From: Culturomica massiliensis
GTDB lineage: Bacteria; Bacteroidota; Bacteroidia; Bacteroidales; Marinifilaceae
Length of the DNA: 64,000 nt
Assembly: GCF_900091655.1 (NCBI RefSeq)
Contig: NZ_LT594621.1
Span: 2,715,858 to 2,779,857 of the forward strand
Direction of reading: 5' to 3'
Shown: in pieces, positions 22,792 through 33,123 of the stretch
How positions within the stretch are numbered: the first letter of the stretch is position 1
Layout: every line of letters begins with the position of its first letter
Notes under the pieces: model-generated
What the model was told of the DNA's origin: nothing
What the model saw: only the letters and a program-made list of their open reading frames with translations
The model's database searches: none
Position numbers and translations under genes: made by a program

Positions 22792-22864
22792 AAACGCGGA
22801 TTACACGGATAAAATTATCAGCGGAATCCGTGTAATCTGCAAAAACACTTAAAATAATCAAAAC

Positions 22865-23890
22865 ATGAAACTGCATTATTTATTTATATCCCTGCTCCTC
22901 TTCAACTCACTGACTGCGTGCAGTGACGACGACAACAAACCCGGTACGCCTCCCGTACCTCCCGACATGAGCGGATTCGCCAAAGGAGCCGATGTAAGTT
23001 GGATCACCCAGATGGAAAAAGCAAACGTCAAATTCTACAACACCCAAGGCCGGGAAATGGAATGTATGCGTTTATTACGCGACCTCGGCATGAACACCGT
23101 CCGTCTGCGGGTATGGGTCGATCCGGCCGACGGCTGGTGTAACAAAGCCGACTTACTGGTGAAAGCCTATCGGGCACATAATCTGGGGATGCGCCTCATG
23201 ATCGACTTCCATTACAGCGACGTATGGGCAGATCCGGGAAGTCAAACCAAACCGGCAGCCTGGGAAAATCTCTCTTTCGATGAACTGAAAACAGCGGTCG
23301 CCGATCATACGACTGAAATTCTTACGGCCCTGAAAAATCAGGGTATCACTCCGGAGTGGGTACAGGTCGGGAACGAAACGGGCAACGGCATGTTATGGCC
23401 CGACGGACAAGCCGATAAAAACATGGCACAATATGCCGCCCTCAACAATGCCGGGTATGATGCAACAAAAGCAATATTTCCGAATGCCAAAGTCATCGTA
23501 CACTTGCAAGGCGGCGACAACAACAACCTCTATCGCTGGCTCTTCGACGGCCTGAAAACCAACGGCGGGAAATGGGACGTCATCGGCATGTCCTTATATC
23601 CCTCCGCCGACAAATGGCAAACGTTCGTTGACGCTTGCGTCGACAACATCAAAGACATGACCGAACGTTATGGCAGTGAAGTCATGATTTGCGAAACAGG
23701 TATGCCTTGGGAACAGGCCGCTACCGCCAAACTTTTCCTCACCGATCTGATCACCCGTGTTCAGGGCTTTGACAACGCTCTCGGTGTTTTATATTGGGAA
23801 CCGGAAGCTCACAATAGCTGGAACGGTTATCAATTGGGAGCCTTCGACGAATCGGGCAAACCTACCGAAGCCCTCGATGCCTTCAAATAA
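22865..23890 (+). CDS. Arabinogalactan endo-1,4-beta-galactosidase, GH53
   Basis: 341 aa with a lipoprotein signal. GH53 hallmarks are present (GADVSW, VRLRVWVDP, VQVGNETGNG acid/base, MICETGMPW nucleophile). Confidence 0.85.
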   Translation: MKLHYLFISLLLFNSLTACSDDDNKPGTPPVPPDMSGFAKGADVSWITQMEKANVKFYNTQGREMECMRLLRDLGMNTVRLRVWVDPADGWCNKADLLVKAYRAHNLGMRLMIDFHYSDVWADPGSQTKPAAWENLSFDELKTAVADHTTEILTALKNQGITPEWVQVGNETGNGMLWPDGQADKNMAQYAALNNAGYDATKAIFPNAKVIVHLQGGDNNNLYRWLFDGLKTNGGKWDVIGMSLYPSADKWQTFVDACVDNIKDMTERYGSEVMICETGMPWEQAATAKLFLTDLITRVQGFDNALGVLYWEPEAHNSWNGYQLGAFDESGKPTEALDAFK

Positions 23891-23923
23891 AAAACGTCCA
23901 TAAAACAAAACTAAAAGGAATAG

Positions 23924-23950
23924 GGCCTGCCTGGAAACCAGACAGGCCCT
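23924..23950. terminator. Bidirectional hairpin terminator between convergent genes
   Basis: GGGCCTGCCTGG-AAA-CCAGACAGGCCC forms an 11-bp stem with one mismatch. Confidence 0.55.
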
Positions 23951-24003
23951 CCACAACTCAGGATAAATATACTATTTCGCCCTATGGGCCGACATAGCCG
24001 TCA

Positions 24004-25266
24004 TTATTTTTTCGTCCAACCTGTCGTCCAATCGTTACCTGCTTTCACTGCCCCCTGATACTGGGCCTTTGTAAAAAACGGATCGATAGCCGACATATCC
24101 TCGCCTCCGTCAATTACACCGATATACTTATTGGTAAAAGCCGGGGTTGCATTGATCGTATTATGATTTGCAGCTGCCGTAAACAAGGCTGAAGAATAAA
24201 TTCCCTCCTTACAATTGATATCTCCGGCCATTGTAATGTATTTCAACACCGATGTCCCGTCTGCCAGAAAACCTTCCGTCTCCGTCGTCTCCGTTGTCAG
24301 ATTACGGGTCTTTCCGGTTACAATCGTATTGTAAAGCTTAGCCTGTGTACCGGCACGCAAACGGATACCCCGGTTTTGGGTGGCAATATCGCTACCTTCT
24401 GAAATCTCACTATCGGCACCGATCAAAGTCATATTGGCCAATACCGGACAAGCAATCGGAGTTGCACCGAAACCCTTATCCCAGTTATCGGCCTCGATCA
24501 AACAGTCACAACCCAACGGGAATTCGGATTGCGGAGCCTGATAAGCAACAAAAAATTGTCCTTTTCCTACCCATCCCTGTGTCCAGTCGAAAGCATCGTC
24601 ACTATTGCTGTACGACACCAGATATTTGGCATTCACAGTACCGCCGAACCACTCGAAACCGTCATCCGTACCTTTATATGCCTGTAAATATTCCAAAGTA
24701 GTACCGTTACCAACACCATAAAAAGTGAAACCGTTACACTCTTTTTCTGCGGTAAACTTATACCCGGCATATTCAATACGTACATAGCGGAGAATACCGG
24801 AATTATCGTTAACGATATTTCCTCCGTAAGGTGCATCGCCGACCTCAGACTTCTGATTTCCGGCATTGATCGGAGCTCTACCGCAAATGTGCAAACCTCC
24901 CCATGCTCCCGGCTCTTCGGTTTCCGATGTCATGATAATCGGTTTTTCAGCTGTTCCTTCGGCCATGATCTTACCGCCCTGTTCCACCAGAATAAAATCG
25001 ATCGTCTGATCTTCACTCTTGGCGATGATTTTCGTCCCGGGCTCGATCCGTAATACACCGCCGTCTTTAACGATATATTCTCCATCCAGATAATACGTAT
25101 TATTAGCCGTCAACGTAACCGTAGACGTAACGTCTCCTTTCAGTGTAACCTCATCTCCGTCTCCACCGCCACCGTTACCATCGTCACTACAGGAAGTAAA
25201 TGAAAGAGCCACAACTGCCATGGCCAATACTGCAAATTTCCAATAATTCATTTTCATACTATTCAA
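24004..25266 (-). CDS. Hypothetical surface lipoprotein, co-transcribed downstream of a TonB-dependent receptor
   Basis: 420 aa with a lipoprotein signal (LSFTSCSDD) and a Gly-rich linker. It sits 75 nt downstream of the TBDR on the same strand. Confidence 0.45.
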   Translation of the reverse strand: MNSMKMNYWKFAVLAMAVVALSFTSCSDDGNGGGGDGDEVTLKGDVTSTVTLTANNTYYLDGEYIVKDGGVLRIEPGTKIIAKSEDQTIDFILVEQGGKIMAEGTAEKPIIMTSETEEPGAWGGLHICGRAPINAGNQKSEVGDAPYGGNIVNDNSGILRYVRIEYAGYKFTAEKECNGFTFYGVGNGTTLEYLQAYKGTDDGFEWFGGTVNAKYLVSYSNSDDAFDWTQGWVGKGQFFVAYQAPQSEFPLGCDCLIEADNWDKGFGATPIACPVLANMTLIGADSEISEGSDIATQNRGIRLRAGTQAKLYNTIVTGKTRNLTTETTETEGFLADGTSVLKYITMAGDINCKEGIYSSALFTAAANHNTINATPAFTNKYIGVIDGGEDMSAIDPFFTKAQYQGAVKAGNDWTTGWTKK

Positions 25267-25340
25267 AATTAAATTGTTAATGTCTGATTCAATTAATATT
25301 ACACATTCTATAGATTGTGGTTAAACAACTTCATTCGTAT

Positions 25341-28064
25341 TTAAAACTTATATGAAAAACCGATTTCTGCACTGCTTCCCGGGCGGAAAGATTCTACCAA
25401 CTCACGGCTGCCGGTTGCGGGTATCTTTTGCATAAAGCGGATCTCACTATTCAGCAAATCCTTCACCTGTGCCTTCAGGCTAAAATGCTTATTGATAGCA
25501 TAACTCGCTACAAAATCGAGTGTATGAAGAGTTTCCTGCTTGATATCCCCGGTTTTATAAATCCCTACCGAATGAATCCGGGGCCCCTGAACATTATAAA
25601 CCAATGCCAACGTCATATCGCTCTCCTCATTAAAACGGGGGGTATAACTTAAATCCGCATTGATCAGAAAAGGGGAAGCTCCTTGTAAAGCCCGCTCGCT
25701 CTCTGTATAAACTCCTTCATCCGGTAACTTGACATTCGTATACATAAAAGAAGCATTAGCACCCAAACGGACATCTTTGATAAGTTCTTTCCGGAATTCG
25801 ACCTCTATCCCGGCAGCAATCCCATCCTCCGCATTGCGGAAAGAATGATAAACCGATCCTCCGGCAGCCTCCTGTGTACGCTCGATAGGCGAATCCAGCC
25901 TTTTAAAATAACCGGTCACGGAAAACATATCCCCCCGCCCCTGCGGGAACAAATCATAACGTAAATCCACATTATAATTGTACGCATTTTTCAGATTTTC
26001 ATTACCACGCACATAAGCACTTCCGTACGATTCCTGATAGAGGAAAGGCGACATCTCGATAAACGAAGGACGAGTAACGGTACGCGACACGGAAAAACGC
26101 AGGCTACTGCTCTTGTTAATATCGTATTTTATATTCAATGCCGGGAAAAAATCCCCTTTGTTCAATCTGGCTTTAAACTCCCTGCCTCCGTCATTCCAAT
26201 AACGTACCCATTGTTGCGATTGCTCATAACGGAGCCCGAAACTAATCATCAAAACCGAAAGCGGTAAATACTCCACCTCTGCAAAAGCCGCTCCGATATC
26301 ATTTTTAGCATAGTAAGTATAACGGGGCTGTGCATCCAGATTAACCGTAATCAATCCGTTAGCTATATTCTCCTGGTTCAGATAGCCGTCAGTATCGTAC
26401 ATATTTTCCACTGCAGGAGAAAGATTATACACATCGTAATAAAAATTCATACACTGGAAATCCCGTTTCTTGCTCTTATATACCCCTCCGAAACGGATAA
26501 AATTACTTTCCCCGAAACGATAAGCCGCCCGCACATCACCTACACCCTCATTCTCGTCCAATTCACTGAAATAACGGGACGTCGTTTGATTTTGCTTATA
26601 TAATGTCAGCTTTCCCGTATTCCTATCCTTAAAAAACACCACCTGTCTCCGGTCCGGCTCATCACTATTCGTAATCCCATACGACCCACTCCAATTCAAG
26701 GTCCACCGCTTACCGAACTCATGATGTCCTGCCAACTGATTATTCAACAAACTATATGCCCGGAAAATACTGTTGCTGGTCGCGATATGATCACCCTCGG
26801 CATCCGTACCTTCCCGTTGCATATACGTATCGATCGCATTACGGGCATAAAAAAACGTATAACTGATCCGGTCCGTCTGACGGAAAGTATAACCCAGATT
26901 TGCCAGCCCGGCAATCTTCAGGTCTGAAGTATAACTATCGTAACTGAACTCATCCAGATTATATCCCTCGGCGTTCAACGTCCGCACATACCCGTTATCC
27001 AACATCTGCCGGCTGTTGCTGATCCCGAATGAAGCCAGTAAACTAAGCCGCTGGTTTCCGACATCCCAGCTTTTTCCCAATCCGGCAGAACCTCCGAAAT
27101 CCGGCAATGCTTTTTTATCACGGACAGCAAACGTCGTCCCGAAAAGATCCTTCTTACGGGCATATTCCCTGAATTCTGTCTTCCCCATAGAAAGCACACT
27201 CTTATCCTCCAGATTAGGAGTTGTAAAAAGCGTACCCTTTTTATCGCTGTAATAAAAAGTTTTGCCCAACGTATTGAACTTCCCTCCGGTATTAAAGCCG
27301 AGCGTAAAAAAATCCCCACCCGTATTCTCCTTTGTTCCGATATCGATATGTGCTCCTGAATAATCGGCAAAAGAACCGGCTTCATACACCTTACTTACAG
27401 TGATATTTTTTACCGTTGCTGCCGGGAACAAATCCAGCGGTATCAACTTATTATCCGGATTCGGTGAAGCAATCGGCAATCCATTCAACGTCGTCGTACT
27501 ATACCGGTCCCCCAATCCCCGCACAATCAATTGTCCGGCACTTGCAATCGAAATCCCGGTTATCTTCTTCACCCCTTCTTCCACATTCGATGCCCCTTTC
27601 AGACTCATTTCCTTCGCTCCGATATTTTCGATAGCCACCATCGATTGCCGACGTTCCATCTGTAACATCCGTTCGTTCTCCATATTTTTACGTGCTTTCA
27701 CCGATACTTCCTCCAAAGCCTCTGCTACTGCCTCCATTTCAAAATTCAATTCCGTATCTGCACCAACCCTTACCTGCTCCCGTACCACATCCCGATAGCC
27801 CATATACCGCACCTGTAACCGATAAGTCCCGCTTTCCAGATTCAATACATATTTTCCATCCAGATCGGCGGCAGTTCCGAATGTAGTCCCAACTACCTGT
27901 ACCGTAGCCCCAATCAAAGGTTCCTTCGTTTGTTTATCGATAATCGTTCCCCGGAGAACACCTGCCGCTGCCTGAAAAGAAAGAGCGGCCCAAAAGAAAA
28001 GTAAAACAGTCAATTTTAAGTAATCTTGCTTTTTATACATCGTTACGTTTTTTATTCGTCGCAA
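25341..28064 (-). CDS. TonB-dependent receptor (with N-terminal carboxypeptidase-regulatory-like domain)
   Basis: 907 aa. It has a signal peptide, a CarbopepD_reg-like region (GTIIDKQTKEPLIGATVQV) and a plug (QLIVRGLGDRYSTTTLNGLPIASP). The C-terminal beta-barrel ends ...GFSYKF. Confidence 0.85.
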   Translation of the reverse strand: MRRIKNVTMYKKQDYLKLTVLLFFWAALSFQAAAGVLRGTIIDKQTKEPLIGATVQVVGTTFGTAADLDGKYVLNLESGTYRLQVRYMGYRDVVREQVRVGADTELNFEMEAVAEALEEVSVKARKNMENERMLQMERRQSMVAIENIGAKEMSLKGASNVEEGVKKITGISIASAGQLIVRGLGDRYSTTTLNGLPIASPNPDNKLIPLDLFPAATVKNITVSKVYEAGSFADYSGAHIDIGTKENTGGDFFTLGFNTGGKFNTLGKTFYYSDKKGTLFTTPNLEDKSVLSMGKTEFREYARKKDLFGTTFAVRDKKALPDFGGSAGLGKSWDVGNQRLSLLASFGISNSRQMLDNGYVRTLNAEGYNLDEFSYDSYTSDLKIAGLANLGYTFRQTDRISYTFFYARNAIDTYMQREGTDAEGDHIATSNSIFRAYSLLNNQLAGHHEFGKRWTLNWSGSYGITNSDEPDRRQVVFFKDRNTGKLTLYKQNQTTSRYFSELDENEGVGDVRAAYRFGESNFIRFGGVYKSKKRDFQCMNFYYDVYNLSPAVENMYDTDGYLNQENIANGLITVNLDAQPRYTYYAKNDIGAAFAEVEYLPLSVLMISFGLRYEQSQQWVRYWNDGGREFKARLNKGDFFPALNIKYDINKSSSLRFSVSRTVTRPSFIEMSPFLYQESYGSAYVRGNENLKNAYNYNVDLRYDLFPQGRGDMFSVTGYFKRLDSPIERTQEAAGGSVYHSFRNAEDGIAAGIEVEFRKELIKDVRLGANASFMYTNVKLPDEGVYTESERALQGASPFLINADLSYTPRFNEESDMTLALVYNVQGPRIHSVGIYKTGDIKQETLHTLDFVASYAINKHFSLKAQVKDLLNSEIRFMQKIPATGSRELVESFRPGSSAEIGFSYKF

Positions 28065-28248
28065 AGATTACCCATAAACATTACATTACCGTCTCGTTTT
28101 TATTTCTATTTTATTACATTTCATAACAACCTGAAAACAGACTGTCAAAATCATTCCAACTGCGGCAACAGTTAAAACAAACTTTATAACATCCGGCAAA
28201 AAAGAAAACTACAACCTGAATCACAACGCAACAAATCCGCCCTCCTGC

Positions 28249-28280
28249 GTAAAAACAAAAGCTCCGGCATAAAAGCCGGC
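28249..28280 (-). terminator. Weak hairpin plus T-run downstream of pabC (minus strand)
   Basis: CCGGC-ATAAAA-GCCGG forms the stem. On the minus strand it is followed by TTTTGTTTTT. Confidence 0.3.
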
Positions 28281-28304
28281 ATCCTTCAGATAATTAATTG
28301 AAAC

Positions 28305-28913
28305 CTATTTGACAATCCGGTCCACCGGGATAGCCACCTCATCCTCCAGATCCAGCATAGCGTTGATCAGATAAACACGGTCATAAGTATAAAGATCGGC
28401 AACACGGACCGGACATGCCCGGATTAAACCCTGTTGCAATAAGAAACGGCGTTTCGTCCCGTTCAGCAGATAAGTGTCCGGCGTATAAAATTCACCTCTA
28501 CGGCTCAACACCACATTACTATAACTCGTATCCGTCAGAAATCCGTCCTTTACAATCAGCACATCATCGCAATCGCCCCGTTTCTCGTACAGCTTCATAA
28601 GCATCGAACGATCGGCAGACTTGTAAGGATACACGATGTCATCATCATCTACCACCTTCAGCGCACGGATAACCCGGGGACGATAAGCCGCAAATTCCAC
28701 TCCACATATGCCTGCCGGATCATACACAACCCGACACTTCACCACTCCATTCCGTAAACCGGCAGGCGGTAAAAACAATCCTGCCTGCAATTCCGGCATA
28801 GGCATACCCATAGATTGCAGTGTTTCCTGCATCCGCCGGATATGAAACTCCAAATGACAAGGATACCCTTCCGAAATTTTAATTGTTTCTATAAATTGCA
28901 TAGACTCTCTCAT
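28305..28913 (-). CDS. pabC: Aminodeoxychorismate lyase / class IV aminotransferase-like
   Basis: The ORF is 28305..28979. The likely start is the internal Met (MRESMQFIE...), which gives a short overlap with upstream pabB. The fold-type IV signature context and the pabB-adjacent position support the call. Confidence 0.5.
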   Translation of the reverse strand: MRESMQFIETIKISEGYPCHLEFHIRRMQETLQSMGMPMPELQAGLFLPPAGLRNGVVKCRVVYDPAGICGVEFAAYRPRVIRALKVVDDDDIVYPYKSADRSMLMKLYEKRGDCDDVLIVKDGFLTDTSYSNVVLSRRGEFYTPDTYLLNGTKRRFLLQQGLIRACPVRVADLYTYDRVYLINAMLDLEDEVAIPVDRIVK

Positions 28914-28929
28914 AATATCCTCAAACCGG

Positions 28930-29901
28930 CTAAAACGGTAGATATACCTTTTGTAAAACCTCCCGGTATTCATCCTCACAACGGCTGTTTACAGTGATTC
29001 CGCCTCCACTATGGAAATAACGCCTCCCCTCCCGCTCTTCGATAAACCGGATCAACACGGCCGAATCCAGATCACGACCATCAAAATAACCGAACACACC
29101 CGTATAAAATCCGCGTTTTTCCTTCTCCGCCTTCCCGATCATTTTTACCGTAGCCTCTTTAGGGGCACCGGAAATCGAACCTGCCGGAAGCATACGGAAC
29201 AAAATATCTCCCAAATACGCCGGATAATCTTCCGGCAACCTTCCGGCAATCTCCGAACTCACCTGTAGAATAGCCCCGTTCGTCGTTTCAAGCCGGTCTA
29301 TATAACGAAAACGCTCCACTTGTACATCCGTGGCAACCATACTCAAATCATTACGTATCAGGTCGACAATCGTATAATGCTCCGACGTCTCCTTATAATC
29401 TTCCAGTATCACCCGCTCTGCATCCGGTATCGATGCATCGATCGTTCCCTTCATCGGATAAGAAGCAATCCGCCCTTCCTGTATCCGCACGAAAGTTTCC
29501 GGAGAAAAACACACAAACCGCCCCGGCACCCACAACCGGTAACGAGCCCGGCTATACCGAAAAATATCCGCTAAACTTAAATCCGTCGTCACCTCCGTTC
29601 TCACGGTCAAATTAGCAAGAAATGAATCCCCCCGTAACAAGCCCTGACGGATAATCCCGAACTTTTGTTCATACGCTTCATAAGTCAACGGCTTCCGGGA
29701 AAAAGAAAAATCCCGGTCCGGAAGAACAACCGGATAAGCAGCATTCGTCACCCCTCCGATTTGCCACAACACTTCCTGTTGTGCAATAGGCATACGATAG
29801 AAAAAGCCTTCTTCTTGTTCATAATCTACTCCGAACAAAAAAGGACATCCGGCTTTGCCGGCCTCATTCATCAACTGTTTTACTTCAATCGCTGGAATCA
29901 T
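28930..29901 (-). CDS. pabB: Aminodeoxychorismate synthase component I (short-form, chorismate-binding enzyme)
   Basis: 323 aa with chorismate-binding motifs (SPETFVRI, PAGSISGAPK, GFYTGVFGYF, FHSGGGIT). Confidence 0.75.
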   Translation of the reverse strand: MIPAIEVKQLMNEAGKAGCPFLFGVDYEQEEGFFYRMPIAQQEVLWQIGGVTNAAYPVVLPDRDFSFSRKPLTYEAYEQKFGIIRQGLLRGDSFLANLTVRTEVTTDLSLADIFRYSRARYRLWVPGRFVCFSPETFVRIQEGRIASYPMKGTIDASIPDAERVILEDYKETSEHYTIVDLIRNDLSMVATDVQVERFRYIDRLETTNGAILQVSSEIAGRLPEDYPAYLGDILFRMLPAGSISGAPKEATVKMIGKAEKEKRGFYTGVFGYFDGRDLDSAVLIRFIEEREGRRYFHSGGGITVNSRCEDEYREVLQKVYLPF

Positions 29902-30016
29902 AAAGACAAAATAAAGCCATCAGCACCGATTTTCCAACAACAACGCCTTTTATCTTCTTCAGATATTTTCCTTCCGGCAATTTTAAACTATTTTTGTCCC
30001 GGCAATCCCGATCGAT

Positions 30017-30589
30017 ATGCAGCACATTTTAGTCATCGACAACCACGACTCCTTCGTATATAACCTGGTCCAACTCCTCCGGCAAAACGGTCGTTGCCGG
30101 TTCGAAATCATTTCCAACGACCGGATTGCCCATTGCCACCCCCGTCGTTTCGATAAAATCCTTTTGTCTCCCGGACCGGGCATACCGGAAGAAGCCGGAG
30201 ATATGCCGGCACTCATCGACCAGTGCAAACACACCCACCCGATATTGGGAATATGCCTTGGTCATCAGGCTATTGCCGAAAATTTCGGAGCCCGCTTACA
30301 ACAGCTCACGTCTCCCCGGCACGGCCATAGCAGTCCGCTCAACATCACAGACCCCGGTGATCCTTTATTCCGACAGATACCCCCCGGTACGCCAATCGGT
30401 CGCTATCATTCCTGGGTCATCGACCCCGCCGGATTACCGGCCTGCCTTAAAATCAGTTCTCTGGACGAAGAAGGACACATCATGTCCTTCTACCATGCAA
30501 GCCTTCCGATTCACGGACTGCAATTTCATCCCGAATCCATCATTACCCGCCACGGCCGGCAAATCATCGATAACTGGCTCGACGAATAA
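30017..30589 (+). CDS. pabA: Aminodeoxychorismate/anthranilate synthase component II (class I glutamine amidotransferase)
   Basis: 190 aa. The GATase triad context is present (ILGICLGHQ, HS, LQFHPES). Confidence 0.75.
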   Translation: MQHILVIDNHDSFVYNLVQLLRQNGRCRFEIISNDRIAHCHPRRFDKILLSPGPGIPEEAGDMPALIDQCKHTHPILGICLGHQAIAENFGARLQQLTSPRHGHSSPLNITDPGDPLFRQIPPGTPIGRYHSWVIDPAGLPACLKISSLDEEGHIMSFYHASLPIHGLQFHPESIITRHGRQIIDNWLDE

Positions 30590-30677
30590 AAAAAAACTGT
30601 AACAAGCGTAAATTATTCAGGAAAAATGACACCTTTGTAAAACGTCTGAATACAACTAACCTTAAATACTAAATATC

Positions 30678-31250
30678 ATGCAAGAATGGTGGATGTCTCT
30701 TGACTTATTTTTAAAAAGCCTGTGGTGTATCAGCATCACAACGAGTCTGATCTTTATCATCCAAACCGTCCTTACCTTTATAGGTATGGATTCGGATGCC
30801 GGATCAGGTGCCGACTTTGACGGCAGTACCGGTACGGACGGGGATTTCCCTTTCCAGCTCTTTACATTCCGTAACTTTATCAACTTCTTCCTCGGATTCA
30901 GTTGGACGGCCATTGCCTTTTACGAAGTTATCACCCCGACCTGGTTCCTGTTGTTTATAGCTATCCTCGTCGGACTTTTACTTGTTGCAGCCGTTATGTA
31001 TATTTTCTACCTGATGAGCCGCATGGAACAATCCGGAAACATCAATATCGACAACGCCCTCGGATGCCGGGGCAATGTATATCTTAAAATCCCGGCAAAA
31101 CGTTCCGGTGAAGGGAAAATACAAATATCCATACAAGGGGCTATCCGGGAATACGATGCGCTCACCGATGGAGAAGAACTCCCTACGGGAAGCCCGATCC
31201 GGGTAATAGAAGTATTAAACGCAGAAACCCTGCTCGTCGAAAAAATTTAA
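30678..31250 (+). CDS. NfeD-like membrane protein, partner of the flotillin gene
   Basis: 190 aa with a TM segment and a C-terminal OB-fold-like region. It lies immediately upstream of the SPFH/flotillin gene. Confidence 0.55.
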   Translation: MQEWWMSLDLFLKSLWCISITTSLIFIIQTVLTFIGMDSDAGSGADFDGSTGTDGDFPFQLFTFRNFINFFLGFSWTAIAFYEVITPTWFLLFIAILVGLLLVAAVMYIFYLMSRMEQSGNINIDNALGCRGNVYLKIPAKRSGEGKIQISIQGAIREYDALTDGEELPTGSPIRVIEVLNAETLLVEKI

Positions 31251-31277
31251 ATCCAAACAATCATTAAATTACAGTAA

Positions 31278-32723
31278 ATGGAAACAACCCTTTATCCCAT
31301 CATTGCGATCGTCGCCGTACTATTCGTCACCTTCGCCGCTATTCTGTCCCGTTACAAACGGTGTCCTTCCGATAAAATCCTTGTCGTTTACGGAAGAACA
31401 GGAAAAAACAAAGCCGGAGCAACCAGCTCTGCCCGTTGTATACACGGTGGTGCTGCTTTTATCTGGCCTGTATTCCAAAGCTACGCTTTCCTGGACCTTA
31501 CTCCGATTTCCATCGAATGCAACCTGACCAACGCTTTGAGTAAACAAAATATCCGTGTCGACGTCCCCTGTCGTTTTACCGTAGGTATATCCACCGAATC
31601 CGAAAGCATGACCAATGCCGCCGAACGCTTACTCGGACAACGACTTGAAAATATTCAGGATTTAGCTAAAGACATCTTATTCGGACAATTACGTCTGGTC
31701 ATTGCAACAATGGACATCGAAGAAATCAATTCCGACCGGGACAAATTTCTGGCCAATGTCAGTGCGAACGTAGAAGCCGAACTCCGTAAAATCGGTTTGA
31801 AACTGATCAATGTGAACGTCACCGACCTCCGCGATGAGTCCGGATACATTGAAGCTTTAGGAAAAGAAGCTGCAGCCAAAGCCATCAACGACGCCAAAAA
31901 AAGCGTAGCCGAACAAAACCGATTCGGGGAAATCGGTAAAGCCGAAGCCGACCGGGACAAAGACATCCGCATCGCCGAAACCGTACGCGACACCCGTGTC
32001 CGTACTTCAGAAGCCAATGCTTCAGCCGTAGAGGGGGAAAACAATGCCAAAATCCTCATCGCCGATTCCGATGCCACCCGTCGCGAAAGAGAAGCCGAAG
32101 CCGCACGTAAAGCCATCGCCGCCGAAAAAGTACAATCGGCAAAAGCCCTGGAAGAAGCCTACCTTGCAGAAAAAGAAGCCGAAACAGCCCGTGCCGAACG
32201 TGAAAAAGCGACCCAAACGGCCAACATCGTCGTTCCGGCACAGATTGAAAAAGAAAAAGCCATCATCGATGCAGAAGCAGAAGCAGAACGTATCCGCCGA
32301 CTGGCCAAAGGTGAAGCCGATGCAATCTATGCTAAGATGGATGCTCAGGCAAGAGGTTTACTTGAAATCCTGACCAAGCAAGCATCGGGTTACGACCGTA
32401 TCGTACAGGCGGCAAACGGCGATCCCGACAAAGCGATCCTCTTGCTGATCACCGACAAACTGCCCGAACTGGTTAAAACCCAGGTTGAAGCTGTTAAAAA
32501 CATTAAAATCGATAAAATTACGGTATGGGATGGTAACAACACTGGAAATGGTAACACATCCACAGCCAACTTTATTTCCGGCATGATGAAATCCGTTCCA
32601 CCGTTGAACGACCTGTTTAACATGGCAGGCCTGGATCTCCCGACCTATCTGAAAGGAAAAGAACAGGAAAAAAATCAACAAATACCGGTTGCCGAAGAAG
32701 TTCCCGCCGAGGAAACCAAATAA
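31278..32723 (+). CDS. Flotillin-like SPFH/Band 7 protein (YqiK/FloT-like)
   Basis: 481 aa with an N-terminal TM helix and an SPFH domain. A long Ala/Glu-rich coiled coil follows (EAEAARKAIAAEKVQSAKALEEAYLAEKEAETARAEREKA). Confidence 0.85.
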   Translation: METTLYPIIAIVAVLFVTFAAILSRYKRCPSDKILVVYGRTGKNKAGATSSARCIHGGAAFIWPVFQSYAFLDLTPISIECNLTNALSKQNIRVDVPCRFTVGISTESESMTNAAERLLGQRLENIQDLAKDILFGQLRLVIATMDIEEINSDRDKFLANVSANVEAELRKIGLKLINVNVTDLRDESGYIEALGKEAAAKAINDAKKSVAEQNRFGEIGKAEADRDKDIRIAETVRDTRVRTSEANASAVEGENNAKILIADSDATRREREAEAARKAIAAEKVQSAKALEEAYLAEKEAETARAEREKATQTANIVVPAQIEKEKAIIDAEAEAERIRRLAKGEADAIYAKMDAQARGLLEILTKQASGYDRIVQAANGDPDKAILLLITDKLPELVKTQVEAVKNIKIDKITVWDGNNTGNGNTSTANFISGMMKSVPPLNDLFNMAGLDLPTYLKGKEQEKNQQIPVAEEVPAEETK

Positions 32724-33011
32724 ATACCGAAAAGAGGCTGAATTCTAAGTCTCTTGCAAATTTTTGAGCAAGAAAATCGTGATAAACTGAGTTTTTATTG
32801 CGATTTTCTTTTTTTCGCATGTTTTCTTTTCCCAAATCTCGTGCTTTGTAAAAGCTTTCAAAAAGAAAAATAATCCCTCCTCTTTCTGGAATATCCCTTA
32901 TGCGCTTAATATAACAAATGGCGTTCTTCTTTAAATTTCCTTGATTTCGCCTGTCCTTATAAATCCGATTTCGTTTCATTTTAATTATTATTTTAAATTT
33001 AAAATCTGATA

Positions 33012-33059
33012 TTTGTATATTAAGATATAAATTATATATTTGTATTATTAATATACAAA
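33012..33059 (+). promoter_or_regulatory. Candidate Bacteroides sigma-AB promoter for the RiPP operon, embedded in a palindrome. The -33 element is TTTG and the -7 element is TATATTTG, with 19-bp spacing.
   Basis: TTTG lies at 33012-33015 and TATATTTG at 33035-33042. The perfect 12-bp inverted repeat TTTGTATATTAA (33012-33023) / TTAATATACAAA (33048-33059) brackets both elements. The start codon is at 33124. Confidence 0.4.
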
Positions 33060-33123
33060 ATGTGAATTTTAGAAAAATATTTTCATTTTTAAATATCATC
33101 ACGATACAAATTATGATAACCCT

